A DNA stretch of 64,000 bases from contig CAWCVB010000006.1 of the NCBI GenBank assembly GCA_963798915.1, positions 64,001-128,000 of the forward strand, written 5' to 3'. Positions 42,210 to 52,974 of the stretch are shown here, piece after piece. The notes below the pieces were generated by a model. The model saw nothing but the letters and a program-made list of their open reading frames with translations. It did not search any database and was not told where the DNA came from. A program made the position numbers and the translations under genes. Position 1 is the stretch's first letter. Every line of letters begins with the position of its first letter. Origin of the DNA: an uncultured Gemmatimonadales bacterium. GTDB taxonomy: Bacteria > Gemmatimonadota > Gemmatimonadetes > Gemmatimonadales > GWC2-71-9.

Positions 42210-42925
42210 GTGCTCACCTGCCCCACCAGCACCAGTCTGGGTTGGTCGGGGCCCGTCGGCGAGCCATCGTAGTCCCCCATCTGGAATTGAAGCTGCACGC
42301 CTTCGGCCCGTAGCATGGCAATAAGCTCATCCGCGTTGAATAATCGGACTCGCTCGAACCAGGTGCGACCATCGCCGGTCTGGAGCGACTTGCAGACGAA
42401 GCGCCCCCCATCGGTGAGCTGACGTCGCACGTCCACTGGGGTGCCGTGCAGCGAGAGAGACTCGCTCAACACCAGGGACTTCCTGACCAGCTCGGAATTG
42501 AGAAAGTCGAGCACGAACCAGCCACCCGCCCGCACCGTACCCACCATCTCGGCCAGTGCCGTCCGATGGTCTGCCTCGTCGTCGAAGTATCCAAAGCTGG
42601 TGAAGAGATTGACGGTGAGATCCATGGATCGGGGCCGGACGGGGAGAGCGCGCATGTCGGCACGGATGAGCGGAGCACCCGTCGCCTGCCTCGCCCGGCG
42701 CAGCAGGGCCATGGAGAGGTCGACACCGACGCATCGGGCCCCGGCCAGCTCGAGGGCTCGCGCGTGCCGGCCAGGACCGCAGGCCACATCCAGCACGCGA
42801 ATGCCGGGATGCCATGGCAGGCGCTGGCGCAGCACGGTTACCAGCCGCCCCGCGTCGGCATCGTCGCGATGCGGGTACAGCGCGAGATATTCCTCGTTGA
42901 ACCACTCCTCGAACCATTCGGCCAT
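42206..42925 (-). CDS. Class I SAM-dependent methyltransferase
   Basis: LDVACGPGRH, ADMR, NLFTSFGYF. Confidence 0.9.
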   Translation of the reverse strand: MAEWFEEWFNEEYLALYPHRDDADAGRLVTVLRQRLPWHPGIRVLDVACGPGRHARALELAGARCVGVDLSMALLRRARQATGAPLIRADMRALPVRPRSMDLTVNLFTSFGYFDDEADHRTALAEMVGTVRAGGWFVLDFLNSELVRKSLVLSESLSLHGTPVDVRRQLTDGGRFVCKSLQTGDGRTWFERVRLFNADELIAMLRAEGVQLQFQMGDYDGSPTGPDQPRLVLVGQVST

Positions 42926-42930
42926 GATGG

Positions 42931-43404
42931 CTACCGGTTCCTGCGTGCCTTGTGGTAGGGTTCGCCGCGCAGAATGGTCCAGGCGCGATACAGCTGCTCG
43001 AGCACGATCACGCGCGCGAGTTCATGCGGAAGTGTAGCCGGACCGAGACCCCAGACCTGACTCGCGCTTGCCAGCAACGCGTCATCCAGACCGTGAGATC
43101 CACCGATCATGATCGTCACCGGCCGTGCGCGCAACTGCCAATCATTGAGGGCGCGGGCCAGCTCTTCGCTGGACCAGGCGCGGCCGGTCCGGGACAGGCA
43201 CACCAGCGAAGACTGCGGGCGCATCCGGCCTGACAGTCGGGCTGCCTCCTCCCGTCGCTGCACGTTCGGCGTCGGCGCCCGAGAAGCTTCCCGTACCTCC
43301 ACCTCGGCGACCGTGGCATAGCGCGCCAACCGCCGAAGGTAGTCGTCACACGCCTCGCGGTAACAGGGCCGCAGGCGGCCCACCGCAAGGACCGTGATAT
43401 CCAT
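42931..43404 (-). CDS. rlmH: 23S rRNA (pseudouridine1915-N3)-methyltransferase
   Basis: IGGSHGL and TLPHELARVIVLEQLYRAWTILRGEPYHK. Confidence 0.96.
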   Translation of the reverse strand: MDITVLAVGRLRPCYREACDDYLRRLARYATVAEVEVREASRAPTPNVQRREEAARLSGRMRPQSSLVCLSRTGRAWSSEELARALNDWQLRARPVTIMIGGSHGLDDALLASASQVWGLGPATLPHELARVIVLEQLYRAWTILRGEPYHKARRNR

Positions 43405-44711
43405 CAGGCATAGATTCCGCGAAGCCGGTGCACTTCGGCGACGCGCTCGATTGCCAGCATGTACGCCCCGATCCGGTTGCTCGTCTGGTACTTGTCGGCC
43501 ATGGCCGTGACCTCTTCAAAGGAATGGACCATGATCCGCTCCAGCCGGGAGTTGACGGTCTCCTCATCCCAGAAATAGCCGCCCCGATCCTGGACCCACT
43601 CGAAATAGCTCACCGTGACGCCGCCCGCGTTCGCCAGGATATCGGGTATGACAACAACGCCCTTCTCATCGAGGATCCGATCGGCATTGGCCGTCGTGGG
43701 ACCATTGGCCCCCTCGCAGATGATCCGCGCCTGGATATCCCGGGCATTCTTGCTGGTAATGACATTTTCCATGGCGGCCGGCAGCAGCACTTCGCATGGC
43801 AGCGTGAGCAGCTGCTCATTGGTGACCGCTTCGCCACCGGAGAATCCGGCCAGGAGCCGTTTTGCACGGATGTGTTCCTGCGCCGCGTCGAGATCGAGCC
43901 CTTTGTCGTTGTAGACGCCTCCGGACTTGTCGCTGATCGCCACGATGCGGGCGCCCTGCTCCTGCAGCAGCCGAGCCGCGACTGAGCCGACGTTGCCGAA
44001 GCCCTGCACGGCGATCCGCGCTCCTTCAATCGGGATGCCGTGAAGACGGAGTGCTTCCCTGGTGACGAACATGCAACCGCGCCCCGTCGCCTCACGGCGG
44101 CCCAGTGATCCGCCAAGCGAGATCGGCTTGCCGGTGACGACCGCAGTCACGGTGTGGCGCTTGTGCATGGAGTAGGTATCCATGATCCACGCCATGACCC
44201 GCTCGTTGGTGTTGACATCGGGGGCGGGCACATCGGAATCGGGCCCGAGCATTTCGATGATGCTGGACGTGTAGCGCCGGGTGAGTCGTTCAATTTCGGT
44301 CACCGACATCTCCGCGGGATCGCAGACGACGCCGCCCTTGGCTCCGCCGAACGGAATGTTGACGATGGCGCATTTCCAGGTCATCCACGCCGCCAGCGCG
44401 GTGACCTCGTCCAGACTCACGTTGAGATCGAACCGGATGCCGCCCTTGGCCGGTCCGCGGGAGGTGTTGTAGAGCACCCGGTAGCCGGTATAGACCTCGA
44501 GCTCGCCGTTGTCCCGGGGCACTGGAATCGAGACGATGACCTGCTTCTCGGGGTTCCGAAGGATCTTGTAGATGCCGCCATCGAGATCCAGCTTTTGCGC
44601 CGCGTAATCGAAGCGCGACATCATGGCCTCGAAGGGATTCTCCTCCGAGAGGAAGCGATCCTTGTCGGGACGGATAATGGGACGCGCTGGCACAGTGTGG
44701 GGACTGGTCAT
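43404..44711 (-). CDS. gdhA: Glu/Leu/Phe/Val dehydrogenase (glutamate dehydrogenase)
   Basis: [43 protein letters not shown]. Confidence 0.93.
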   Translation of the reverse strand: MTSPHTVPARPIIRPDKDRFLSEENPFEAMMSRFDYAAQKLDLDGGIYKILRNPEKQVIVSIPVPRDNGELEVYTGYRVLYNTSRGPAKGGIRFDLNVSLDEVTALAAWMTWKCAIVNIPFGGAKGGVVCDPAEMSVTEIERLTRRYTSSIIEMLGPDSDVPAPDVNTNERVMAWIMDTYSMHKRHTVTAVVTGKPISLGGSLGRREATGRGCMFVTREALRLHGIPIEGARIAVQGFGNVGSVAARLLQEQGARIVAISDKSGGVYNDKGLDLDAAQEHIRAKRLLAGFSGGEAVTNEQLLTLPCEVLLPAAMENVITSKNARDIQARIICEGANGPTTANADRILDEKGVVVIPDILANAGGVTVSYFEWVQDRGGYFWDEETVNSRLERIMVHSFEEVTAMADKYQTSNRIGAYMLAIERVAEVHRLRGIYA

Positions 44712-44768
44712 GGATGCTCTGGAGGGCACTCCGGCGGATGGTGAGGTCCGGCAAGCGAACACGACATG

Positions 44769-45809
44769 TCAGCTCCGGCGCGGCGCGGCGATCACGCCAT
44801 CGAGCGCCGCGCTGAATGGCTCGCCGCCGCGCTCCCAGGTCAGGTCCATGATGGCAACGAGCGGCTCCGCGACGCGGGCTGGCCAGCGATCACGCAACTT
44901 CACAGCGTCCTGCTCGGAGACGATGACGTAGTCGGCCCGACGAGCGGCGTGAGCCAGCCAGGCAACGTCTTCGTCCCGCAGCTCGCCGCGCGCCACCCAC
45001 CGGGCGACCTGCACGGCCGCACCCGTCGCCTTGACCTGCGATACAAAGGCGCCCGGATCCACGCTCCCGGAAGCGGCCACCACGCGCCGGCCCGCGATAG
45101 CCGTGGCGGGCTGCTCAGCGCCGGAAACAAGGCCTTCGAAGTGGCGAACGCCGAGGTGGGCGATGGCCACTGGTGCGGCCACATCGCGGGTCACCGCGGC
45201 CGCGAGCGCCTCCGCGGCGTCGGGAGATGCTCGCTTCCGGGTCACCACGATCCAGTCGGCTGCGCGAAGCGAAGCCCACGATTCGACCCACGGCCCGGCC
45301 GGAACGGGCCAGCGCACCGCGCGGCTCGTTTCCGCCCCCAGCACGGCCACCATGAGGTCCGGCGCGAGGCGCCGCGCTGGAATGTCCGACTCGACCACAG
45401 CGAGGCTCGTGCCAGCCGCCGCCAGCCGCGCCACGCCTCGCGCAAGGTCAGTCGCCGATGTGACCGGGATCTCGGGACTGGCATGCTGCACGGCCGCGCC
45501 ACGCCAGGGCGATTCGCCCTGCAGGACGATTCCCACCCGGATGCCACTGACGGCAAGGTGCCGGGCCGCCCAGGTCAGGACGGGGCCCTTGCCGGAATCG
45601 CCGACAGTGAGGTTCGCGAAGGCAATTGTTGGGATGACGGGATCAGAATGCGACAGCCAGCCTCGTTGATAGGCGGTGTGCCGCACATTCGAGGAGGCGC
45701 GCCAGAATCCTGCGGCGGGAAGCAATGCGAGGCGCGCGAGGCGCGCGTCCAGCCGCCTGCTCGTCCACAACCATCGCATCAGCCGGTGGGTACTGCCCCT
45801 GCGCGCCAA
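44769..45809 (-). CDS. lpxK: Tetraacyldisaccharide 4'-kinase-like protein with degenerate motifs
   Basis: R...Y.RGW N-terminus, ANLTVGDSGKGP, PAGPWVESWASLRAAD, SEQDAVKL match the LpxK layout; start uncertain (45809 or 45779). Confidence 0.7.
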   Translation of the reverse strand: MARRGSTHRLMRWLWTSRRLDARLARLALLPAAGFWRASSNVRHTAYQRGWLSHSDPVIPTIAFANLTVGDSGKGPVLTWAARHLAVSGIRVGIVLQGESPWRGAAVQHASPEIPVTSATDLARGVARLAAAGTSLAVVESDIPARRLAPDLMVAVLGAETSRAVRWPVPAGPWVESWASLRAADWIVVTRKRASPDAAEALAAAVTRDVAAPVAIAHLGVRHFEGLVSGAEQPATAIAGRRVVAASGSVDPGAFVSQVKATGAAVQVARWVARGELRDEDVAWLAHAARRADYVIVSEQDAVKLRDRWPARVAEPLVAIMDLTWERGGEPFSAALDGVIAAPRRS

Positions 45810-45855
45810 GCCCTGCTCCGTCCATGAGTGGGGGCGAAATGTACAAACGCGAGCC

Positions 45856-46287
45856 TCAGCGATCTACTACCCGCGCCATCATCTCGGCTTCGGCCACGAG
45901 ATTTCCGTCCACGTAGGCCTTGCCGGCGAGCTTGACGGTAGTACCCCGGTCCTGGAGCACGACCACCTCCATGCGCAACTGGTCTCCCGGCACTACCGGG
46001 CGCCGGAATTTCACATGGTCGAGCGACATGAAATACACCACCTTGCTGGCCGGATCCGCCAGCCCCGACAGCATCAGCACGCCGCCGGTTTGCGCCATGG
46101 CCTCGACAATGAGCACGCCCGGCATGATTGGGTGGCCCGGAAAATGACCCTGAAAGAAGGGTTCATTGATGCTGACATTCTTGAGCCCGACCACCCGCCG
46201 GCCCGCCTCGGATTCCAGGATTCGATCGACCAGCAGGAGCGGGTACCGATGCGGCAACGACGCCATGATCTGGATGATGTCCTGCAT
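45856..46287 (-). CDS. fabZ: 3-hydroxyacyl-ACP dehydratase FabZ
   Basis: [49 protein letters not shown]. Confidence 0.97.
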   Translation of the reverse strand: MQDIIQIMASLPHRYPLLLVDRILESEAGRRVVGLKNVSINEPFFQGHFPGHPIMPGVLIVEAMAQTGGVLMLSGLADPASKVVYFMSLDHVKFRRPVVPGDQLRMEVVVLQDRGTTVKLAGKAYVDGNLVAEAEMMARVVDR

Positions 46288-46321
46288 GCACTCCCTCCGC
46301 CGCAGCCCGCGTTAATGATCA

Positions 46322-46354
46322 CAGGCGGCCTCCGGTTGCACCGGAAGCCGCCTG
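46322..46354. terminator. Intergenic hairpin between ompH and fabZ
   Basis: CAGGCGGCCTCCGGT-TGC-ACCGGAAGCCGCCTG inverted repeat; no U-tract. Confidence 0.45.
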
Positions 46355-46375
46355 CAGTCATGGATCAGCTCGGGT

Positions 46376-46921
46376 CTACTGGCCCGGTGTCTTGAGCTCC
46401 GCGATGACCTTGTCACTCATGTCCAGGGACCGGTCCGCTGTCACGATGGTGTTGGACTGGTTGCTCACGTCGAATACCATCGCATAGCCGCCGGCCTGGC
46501 GGAGCTTCTCCACCACGGCCACGACTCGCGATTGCAGCGGCTCGAGCAGTTCCTGGTTCCGCTGGGCAATCTTCTGCTGCAGCTCGTTGCCGCGCTGTTC
46601 CAGGTCGGTCTGCCGCTGCTGCAGTTCCTGGCGCTTGCTCTGGCGCGCCGCCGGGCTCAGCAGCGTGGACTGCGTCTCGAATGCCGACGCCGCCGAGTCC
46701 AGCTGGGATTGCAGTTGCTGGAACTGGGTCCGGTAGTTCGCGACTTCCCTGGTGAACGTGGACTCCGCTTGCGCGTAGCCGGGCGTCTCCGAGAGCACGC
46801 GTTGCATGTTCACGAAGGCCACCTTGGCCGGCGCAGCGGCCTGCTGGGCCGATGCTTGTCGCGGCGTGACGGCGATCAGAGTCAAAAGGGCGAGGCCCAG
46901 GCCCCGGACGACGTACTTCAT
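46376..46921 (-). CDS. skp: OmpH/Skp outer membrane chaperone
   Basis: Signal peptide, KVAFVNMQRVL, long coiled coil, GYAMVFD; directly downstream of bamA. Confidence 0.9.
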   Translation of the reverse strand: MKYVVRGLGLALLTLIAVTPRQASAQQAAAPAKVAFVNMQRVLSETPGYAQAESTFTREVANYRTQFQQLQSQLDSAASAFETQSTLLSPAARQSKRQELQQRQTDLEQRGNELQQKIAQRNQELLEPLQSRVVAVVEKLRQAGGYAMVFDVSNQSNTIVTADRSLDMSDKVIAELKTPGQ

Positions 46922-46961
46922 GCGGCATTCACTCCAGTTGGGGTCAGAACATTGGTTCACA

Positions 46962-49334
46962 TCAGAAGTAATTGCCGATCTTGATGTGAAACATCCACCC
47001 TGGGCTCGGCTTCCCGGCCAGGTCCTTCTTGTCGAACCCATATGCCAGATCCACGCCAATCGGCCCGAGGGGCGAAATCAGAGCCACGCCCAGCCCGGCG
47101 CCCCTGAAGAGCCGCGTGGGATCCCATTGCCGGGCGGTACGATACACGTTTCCAGCGTCGAGGAAAGTGTTCACGTACAGCGACTGACTGACGCGAGCCC
47201 CCGTTTCAACAGTAAACGCAGCAAACGACTTTCCGAAGGCCTCAGCAGAAGCCCTGTCCCCGCCCGCCGACGGATCGAAGCCGTTCGGGGTGATCGAAAA
47301 TTCATCGTAGCCACGCAGCGGAATGCCGAACTGCACTCCGCCAAGGGAATATTGTTCGAAGGGGAAATTGTCCGCGTCGCCGAAGATGAAGCCGGACTTG
47401 GCCGAGAAGCCGAGGACGAGCTGAACACCGCCCCCGAACTGGCCACTGCCGCCGATTATCCCGAGCGGTGCATACCAGTGACCCTCGACGTCCACTTTCT
47501 GGTAATCGCCCGTTCCTCCGAGGAATCCGCCATTGAGCTCGCCGGCGACGCTGACCTGGGTGCCGGCCGTCGGGAATGGCAATCCGACTCGGGTGTCCCG
47601 CAGGACTCTGGTGCCCAGGGTGGAGCGCGTGCAGTTGTTGCAGATGAACCGCTGCTGGATATCCTCCGACCCCTGGTCGTAGCGCACCCGTTGCAGCCCG
47701 TAGGAGCCAAACAGCCTGGTGTAGCGAGCCCCGAGAAAGGGGAAACCCAGCTGGACGCTGCCGCCGGTCTGGTGCCGGCGGCCGAGATCCCGGATGATGA
47801 AGCGCTGGCGGGAATCGAACAATGACACAGTCCCGGAAATCCGGCTTTCGTTGATGGCGGGATCGGTATAGCTGATAATGAAATCGTTGATGTTCTGGCC
47901 GAACTGCCACTGCAGGCTTCCCCGCTTGCCGCGCCCGAAGAGGTTCGGCTCCTCGAGTCCGAGGAAGCCACCCAGTCCGGTGCCCTGGCCCAGCGATGCG
48001 CCGAAGTTGATGTTGCCGGTGCGCTTCTCCTCGACGCGGAAGGTGATGTCCACGTCCGGGCCCACATCGTTGCCGTTCGCCACTGGATCGACCGACGGCC
48101 CCGGCATGGGCTGCTTGAAGAATCCCAGGTTGCTGATGTTCTGATAGGACCGCATGAGTGCGTCACGACTGAAGACTTGGCCCGGCAGGAGTACGATCGC
48201 CTCCCGGATCACGCGCTCGTGAGTAACATCGTTGCCCTCGATGTTGATCTTGTTGACGGTTGCCAGCTGACCTTCCTGGATAGTCCAGGCAAGATCGACG
48301 AGGTGGCTGCCGTCGGGGAGCGTGCGCCGGGTTTCCTGTGGCTGCACACGCGCATAGATGTACCCGGTGTTCGCGTACAGATCTTCGACCCGTGAGGTGG
48401 CGCTCTCCCACGCTCCACGGTCGAAGACGGGATGATCCTCACTGGGCGGAAGCGGGAAATAATTGCGCAGTTCCGCCTCCGAGTATCGGCGGTTTCCCCG
48501 CACCTCGAACTTGCCAATGCGATACACCGGCCCTTCCTGGACGGCGACCTGCAGCACGCCCTTGGTGGCCGACGTGTCTGCCATCAAGGTATCGCTGAGG
48601 ACCTGGAAATCGATGTACCCCTTGCTGGCGTAGAAGGCCGGCAGGCGGGTGCGCGCATCCTGATCGAGCTGGTCTTCGTCAAATTCGCCGGAGCGGAACC
48701 ACCAGAAGCCCTCCGGCTTGCTGCCCATGTGCTTGACCAGTTCCTTGTCGGTGAACTGGTCGTTGCCGTCCACGACAACCTGGCTCACCGCAACGCGACG
48801 CCCTTCCTCGATCTGGAAGGTGACGTCGATGCCCCGGCCGGAGTCGGCCGGGGCTTCTCGCGCCGCCACTTTGGCGGCGTAGAAGCCCTGGTCCTTGTAC
48901 ATCGAGTCGATGGCGGCGCGGCTGCGGGCCACCTCCGCGCGGTCGAGCGGTCGACCTTCCAGCAGCTTGACCCGCTCGCGGACGTCGCCGAGCGAAATCC
49001 GTTGGGCGCCCGTGACCTTCCAGCTGGCCAGCACCGGCCGCTCAGTCACCTTGAAGACCAGGATGTTTCGTCCATCGACGAAGCGCTGTTCCACGGTAAC
49101 GTCGTCGAACTGGCCCATGCGATAGACGGCGCCGATGGCCCGCTGCACCTCGCGGTAGGAAATCGGCTGACCAGTCGTGAGCGCAATGGTCGACCGGATT
49201 TGTGCCTCGGGCACCCGCGCGTTCCCGGAGACCGCGACGCTGTCCAGCGGGGGGGGCGCGGCGGCGTCCTGCGCAACGAGTGGCGCGGCAGACAGCACGC
49301 CCGCCGCGATCAGCATGGGAAGAATCAGTCGCAT
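46962..49334 (-). CDS. bamA: Outer membrane protein assembly factor BamA
   Basis: POTRA repeats (GNDVTHERVIRE), EPNLFGRG, LRGYD, SPLGPIGVDLAYG, C-terminal Phe. Confidence 0.96.
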   Translation of the reverse strand: MRLILPMLIAAGVLSAAPLVAQDAAAPPPLDSVAVSGNARVPEAQIRSTIALTTGQPISYREVQRAIGAVYRMGQFDDVTVEQRFVDGRNILVFKVTERPVLASWKVTGAQRISLGDVRERVKLLEGRPLDRAEVARSRAAIDSMYKDQGFYAAKVAAREAPADSGRGIDVTFQIEEGRRVAVSQVVVDGNDQFTDKELVKHMGSKPEGFWWFRSGEFDEDQLDQDARTRLPAFYASKGYIDFQVLSDTLMADTSATKGVLQVAVQEGPVYRIGKFEVRGNRRYSEAELRNYFPLPPSEDHPVFDRGAWESATSRVEDLYANTGYIYARVQPQETRRTLPDGSHLVDLAWTIQEGQLATVNKINIEGNDVTHERVIREAIVLLPGQVFSRDALMRSYQNISNLGFFKQPMPGPSVDPVANGNDVGPDVDITFRVEEKRTGNINFGASLGQGTGLGGFLGLEEPNLFGRGKRGSLQWQFGQNINDFIISYTDPAINESRISGTVSLFDSRQRFIIRDLGRRHQTGGSVQLGFPFLGARYTRLFGSYGLQRVRYDQGSEDIQQRFICNNCTRSTLGTRVLRDTRVGLPFPTAGTQVSVAGELNGGFLGGTGDYQKVDVEGHWYAPLGIIGGSGQFGGGVQLVLGFSAKSGFIFGDADNFPFEQYSLGGVQFGIPLRGYDEFSITPNGFDPSAGGDRASAEAFGKSFAAFTVETGARVSQSLYVNTFLDAGNVYRTARQWDPTRLFRGAGLGVALISPLGPIGVDLAYGFDKKDLAGKPSPGWMFHIKIGNYF

Positions 49335-49357
49335 GAAACCGAGAGGTGGGTGGCGAG

Positions 49358-49384
49358 CCGTGCGGCCGTCCGGCGCCGCACGGT
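49358..49384 (-). terminator. Hairpin after clpC
   Basis: CCGTGCGGC...GCCGCACGG inverted repeat immediately after the clpC stop; no U-tract. Confidence 0.4.
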
Positions 49385-51859
49385 TTACGCCTTCTGGCTG
49401 GTCAGGGCGCGAAATACGAGGCGTTCCTTGTCTTCGGAGACGTCCACCTCGATCTCATCGCCGCGGCTGATCTCGCCCAGCAGGATCTTCTCGCTGAGCG
49501 GGTCTTCGATGTGCCGTTGGATGGCGCGGCGCAGCGGCCGGGCGCCGAAGTTCTGGTCGTAACCCTTTTCAACGAGGAAGTCGAGCGCGGCCGGCGTGAG
49601 GCGGACCTCGTCGCCCAGGCGCCGCTGCACCTCGCGCAGCAGGATCGTGACAATCTTGGCAATGTGCTCCCGATCGAGCGGATGGAAGACGATCATGTCG
49701 TCGAGCCGGTTGAGGAACTCGGGGTTGAAGACCCGGTTGAGCTCGTCCTTGATCCGTTCCTGCATCCGCTCGAAGTCCTGGCTCGCGTCGCCGCCGTGGA
49801 AACCGAGGCTCTTGCCCGACATGATGTCGCGCGCCCCGACGTTGGACGTCATGATCACGACCGTGTTCTTGAAGTCGATGATCCGGCCATAGTTGTCGGT
49901 GAGGTGCCCCTCGTCCAGGACCTGCAGCAGGATATTGAAGACGTCCGGATGCGCCTTCTCGATCTCGTCGAGCAGCACCACCGAATAGGGCTTCCGCCGC
50001 ACGGCCTTGGTGAGCGCACCGGAATCTTCATAGCCGACGTATCCCGGGGGCGCCCCGATGAGGCGGCTCACCGAGAACTTCTCCATGTACTCGGACATGT
50101 CGACCCGGATCAGCGCCGAGGCATCGGCAAACAGGAAGCGAGCAAGCGCCCGTGCGAGCTCGGTCTTGCCGACGCCGGTGGGCCCGCAGAAAATGAACGA
50201 GCCAATGGGACGGTTGGGGTCCTTCAGCCCAGCGCGCGAGCGCCGGATGGCCCGGGACACGACCTTGATGGCCTCGTCCTGTCCCACCACCGCCTCATGA
50301 ATTTCGTCCTCCATGCGGAGCAGCCGGGTGGCCTCGGCCTCCTGCAGGCGCGTCACCGGAATGCCGGTCCAGCGGGAAACGATGAAGGACACGGCCTCCT
50401 CGTCAATGACGGGACGGCGGGTCTGGCGCTCCTTCTCCCATTCCTCATTGGCCTGGCGGATGCGGCCCTGCAGCTCGCGCTCCTGGTCCCGAAGCGATGC
50501 GGCCCGCTCGAAGTTCTGATCCCGGACGGCCTCCTCCTTCTGGAGGTTGACCTTCTCGAGATCGGCCTTGAGGTCCGCGATCTGGGGCGGCGGCGCCTGC
50601 GAGGCGAGCCGCGCCCGAGCGCCGGCTTCATCAATGACGTCAATGGCCTTGTCGGGCAGGAAGCGATCGGTGATATAGCGTTCGGACAGCTCCGCCGCCG
50701 CCTCGAGGGTGGGATCGGGGATTTCCACCCGATGGTGCTCTTCGTATTTCTTGCGGAGCCCCTTGAGGATTTCGACGGTTTCCGGCACGCTCGGTGGCTC
50801 GACCATCACGGTCTGGAAGCGCCGCTCGAGGGCGCCGTCCTTCTCGATGTACTTGCGGTACTCATTGAGCGTGGACGCGCCGACGCACTGGAGTTCTCCG
50901 CGAGCGAGGGCCGGCTTGAGCATGTTGCTGGCGTCGATGGCGCCTTCCGCGGCGCCGGCGCCAACCAGGGTGTGGAGCTCGTCGATGAACAGGATGATAT
51001 TCTTGTTCTGCGCGATCTCGTTCATCACCGCCTTGAGCCGCTCCTCGAACTGGCCGCGATACTTCGTGCCTGCTATTACGGCGGCCATGTCCAGCGACAA
51101 CACGCGATGGTCGCGCAGCACGTCGGGACACTGGCTGTTGGCGATCAACAGCGCCAAGCCCTCGACGATTGCGGTCTTGCCAACGCCCGGCTCACCGATC
51201 AGGACCGGATTGTTCTTCTTGCGCCGCGCCAGGATCTCCATGACGCGCTCGATTTCCTTGGCACGGCCAATGGTCGGATCCAGCTGGCCCTCGGCGGCGA
51301 GCTGAGTCAGGTCGCGGCAGAAGTGATCCAGCGCCGGCGTCTTGCTCTTCTTTTCGGCCTTGGGCTGCGACGCCTGCTGCGGCGGCGCGCCGCCCGCGCT
51401 CGCCGGCTGCGGCATGTCGCTGCCCAGCAGCCGTAACGTCTCGGCGCGACTGGCTTCCAGGCTGACGCCAGCATCGGTGAGCACCTGCGCGGCGATGCCC
51501 TTCTCCTCGCGGAGCAGGCCGAGCAGGAGGTGCTCGGTACCCACATAGGAGTGATTGAGCTCGCGCGCTTCGGTCATGGCGAGCTCGAGCACCTTCTTGG
51601 CGCGGGAGGTGTACGGCAGGTCGGGGCCAGCCGCCGCGGCAGCTTTCCCCTTCTTGACGGTTTCCTCGATCTTCTGCTGGATGTCGTCCAGGTCCACATT
51701 CAGGTTCTGGAGCACCGCGGCGGCGACCCCTTCGCCCTCGCGGATCAGGCCGAGGAGAATATGCTCGGTGCCCACATACTCGTGGTGAAGGCGAGCCGCC
51801 TCCTCCCGCGCCATCTGCAGGACTTTCCGAACCCGATCAGTAAAATTGTAGCCGTTCAT
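49385..51859 (-). CDS. clpC: ATP-dependent Clp protease ATP-binding subunit ClpC
   Basis: Double Clp-N ([14 protein letters not shown]), [11 protein letters not shown] motif, [17 protein letters not shown]. Confidence 0.97.
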   Translation of the reverse strand: MNGYNFTDRVRKVLQMAREEAARLHHEYVGTEHILLGLIREGEGVAAAVLQNLNVDLDDIQQKIEETVKKGKAAAAAGPDLPYTSRAKKVLELAMTEARELNHSYVGTEHLLLGLLREEKGIAAQVLTDAGVSLEASRAETLRLLGSDMPQPASAGGAPPQQASQPKAEKKSKTPALDHFCRDLTQLAAEGQLDPTIGRAKEIERVMEILARRKKNNPVLIGEPGVGKTAIVEGLALLIANSQCPDVLRDHRVLSLDMAAVIAGTKYRGQFEERLKAVMNEIAQNKNIILFIDELHTLVGAGAAEGAIDASNMLKPALARGELQCVGASTLNEYRKYIEKDGALERRFQTVMVEPPSVPETVEILKGLRKKYEEHHRVEIPDPTLEAAAELSERYITDRFLPDKAIDVIDEAGARARLASQAPPPQIADLKADLEKVNLQKEEAVRDQNFERAASLRDQERELQGRIRQANEEWEKERQTRRPVIDEEAVSFIVSRWTGIPVTRLQEAEATRLLRMEDEIHEAVVGQDEAIKVVSRAIRRSRAGLKDPNRPIGSFIFCGPTGVGKTELARALARFLFADASALIRVDMSEYMEKFSVSRLIGAPPGYVGYEDSGALTKAVRRKPYSVVLLDEIEKAHPDVFNILLQVLDEGHLTDNYGRIIDFKNTVVIMTSNVGARDIMSGKSLGFHGGDASQDFERMQERIKDELNRVFNPEFLNRLDDMIVFHPLDREHIAKIVTILLREVQRRLGDEVRLTPAALDFLVEKGYDQNFGARPLRRAIQRHIEDPLSEKILLGEISRGDEIEVDVSEDKERLVFRALTSQKA

Positions 51860-51891
51860 TCCTGGTGTCTCGCCTTCCGCCATCGCCCGGA

Positions 51892-52974
51892 CTAGCCGCG
51901 ACGCTCCACGTCATCTTCGAGCACCCTGCGGACCAGCGCGGCGCGGCGAAGCGCTAACGCGGGATCTCCGAGGGGCAGGTTTTCAGCCACGGCCAGGTGG
52001 GCCGGCTGCGACTGGATCAGCAACTTGTTCAGCGTGTACATGCCGATGCCGGGAATCAATCCCAGCCCGACGCCCAGCCGGACGCCGCTCAGCAGGTTCA
52101 TGGCCTCATCGAAGGACAACGTCCGGGCATAGCGTAGCAAACCATAAGCTCGCCAGACCTTGTCCTCGATGACCGTGGGCGCGCTGTGCAGGAGCACCTG
52201 GCGGGCCTGTTCCTCGTATTCGATGACCTGACGCACGACCCGGGCCAGATGATCCAGCAAGTCGGTCTCGCTCTTGCCAAGCGTTGTCTGGTTGGACAGC
52301 TGGAAGAAGTTGCCCACGACCTCGCTGCCCTCGCCATACAACCCACGGAACGTCAGCCCGACCTGAGCCAGCCCCTGCAGGACCCGGGTGACTTCCTTGG
52401 TCAGCACAAGGCCGGGAAGATGGATGAGGACGGATGCACGGAGGCCGGTGCCGACGTTGGTCGGACACGCCGTAAGATAACCGAACTCCGGATGGAACGC
52501 GAAGCCAAGATGGCGTCCCAGCTCGCTGTCCAGGCGGTCCACTTCGGCGTAGGTCTCCGCCAGTACAAACCCGGAATGGAGCCCCTGCAGGCGGAGATGA
52601 TCTTCCTCGTTCAGCATGACTCCGATGCGGCCCTGGTGGAGCAACGCCGCGCCGTAGCGCACCCGTCCGGCTGGCTCCAGGCCGGCCAGTTCCTTGCTGA
52701 TGAGGTGGCGCTCGTGGAGCAGCTGGCGGTCGGGCTCATCCAGCTGATCAAGCCGAAAACTGACAGCGTGCCCCAGCAGGATCGTCTCCAGGGCTGCCTG
52801 CTCTACCGCGCGGAGGATGCGCTCGCGCTCGGCGTCCCCGGTGCGCCCCTGAAAGGGAAACGATGCCAGGTTCCTGGCCAGCCGGACGCGAGTCGAGAGC
52901 ACCAGATGGCTCTGGGGCCCGCTGGCATCCAGCCAGCCCATGCCCCCATCCGCCATCAGTGAGAGATCGATCAT
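51892..52974 (-). CDS. mcsB: Protein arginine kinase McsB
   Basis: STRVRLARN, NEEDHLRLQ, GYLTACPTNVGTGLRAS, RGLYGEGS, SNQTTLG. Confidence 0.95.
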   Translation of the reverse strand: MIDLSLMADGGMGWLDASGPQSHLVLSTRVRLARNLASFPFQGRTGDAERERILRAVEQAALETILLGHAVSFRLDQLDEPDRQLLHERHLISKELAGLEPAGRVRYGAALLHQGRIGVMLNEEDHLRLQGLHSGFVLAETYAEVDRLDSELGRHLGFAFHPEFGYLTACPTNVGTGLRASVLIHLPGLVLTKEVTRVLQGLAQVGLTFRGLYGEGSEVVGNFFQLSNQTTLGKSETDLLDHLARVVRQVIEYEEQARQVLLHSAPTVIEDKVWRAYGLLRYARTLSFDEAMNLLSGVRLGVGLGLIPGIGMYTLNKLLIQSQPAHLAVAENLPLGDPALALRRAALVRRVLEDDVERRG

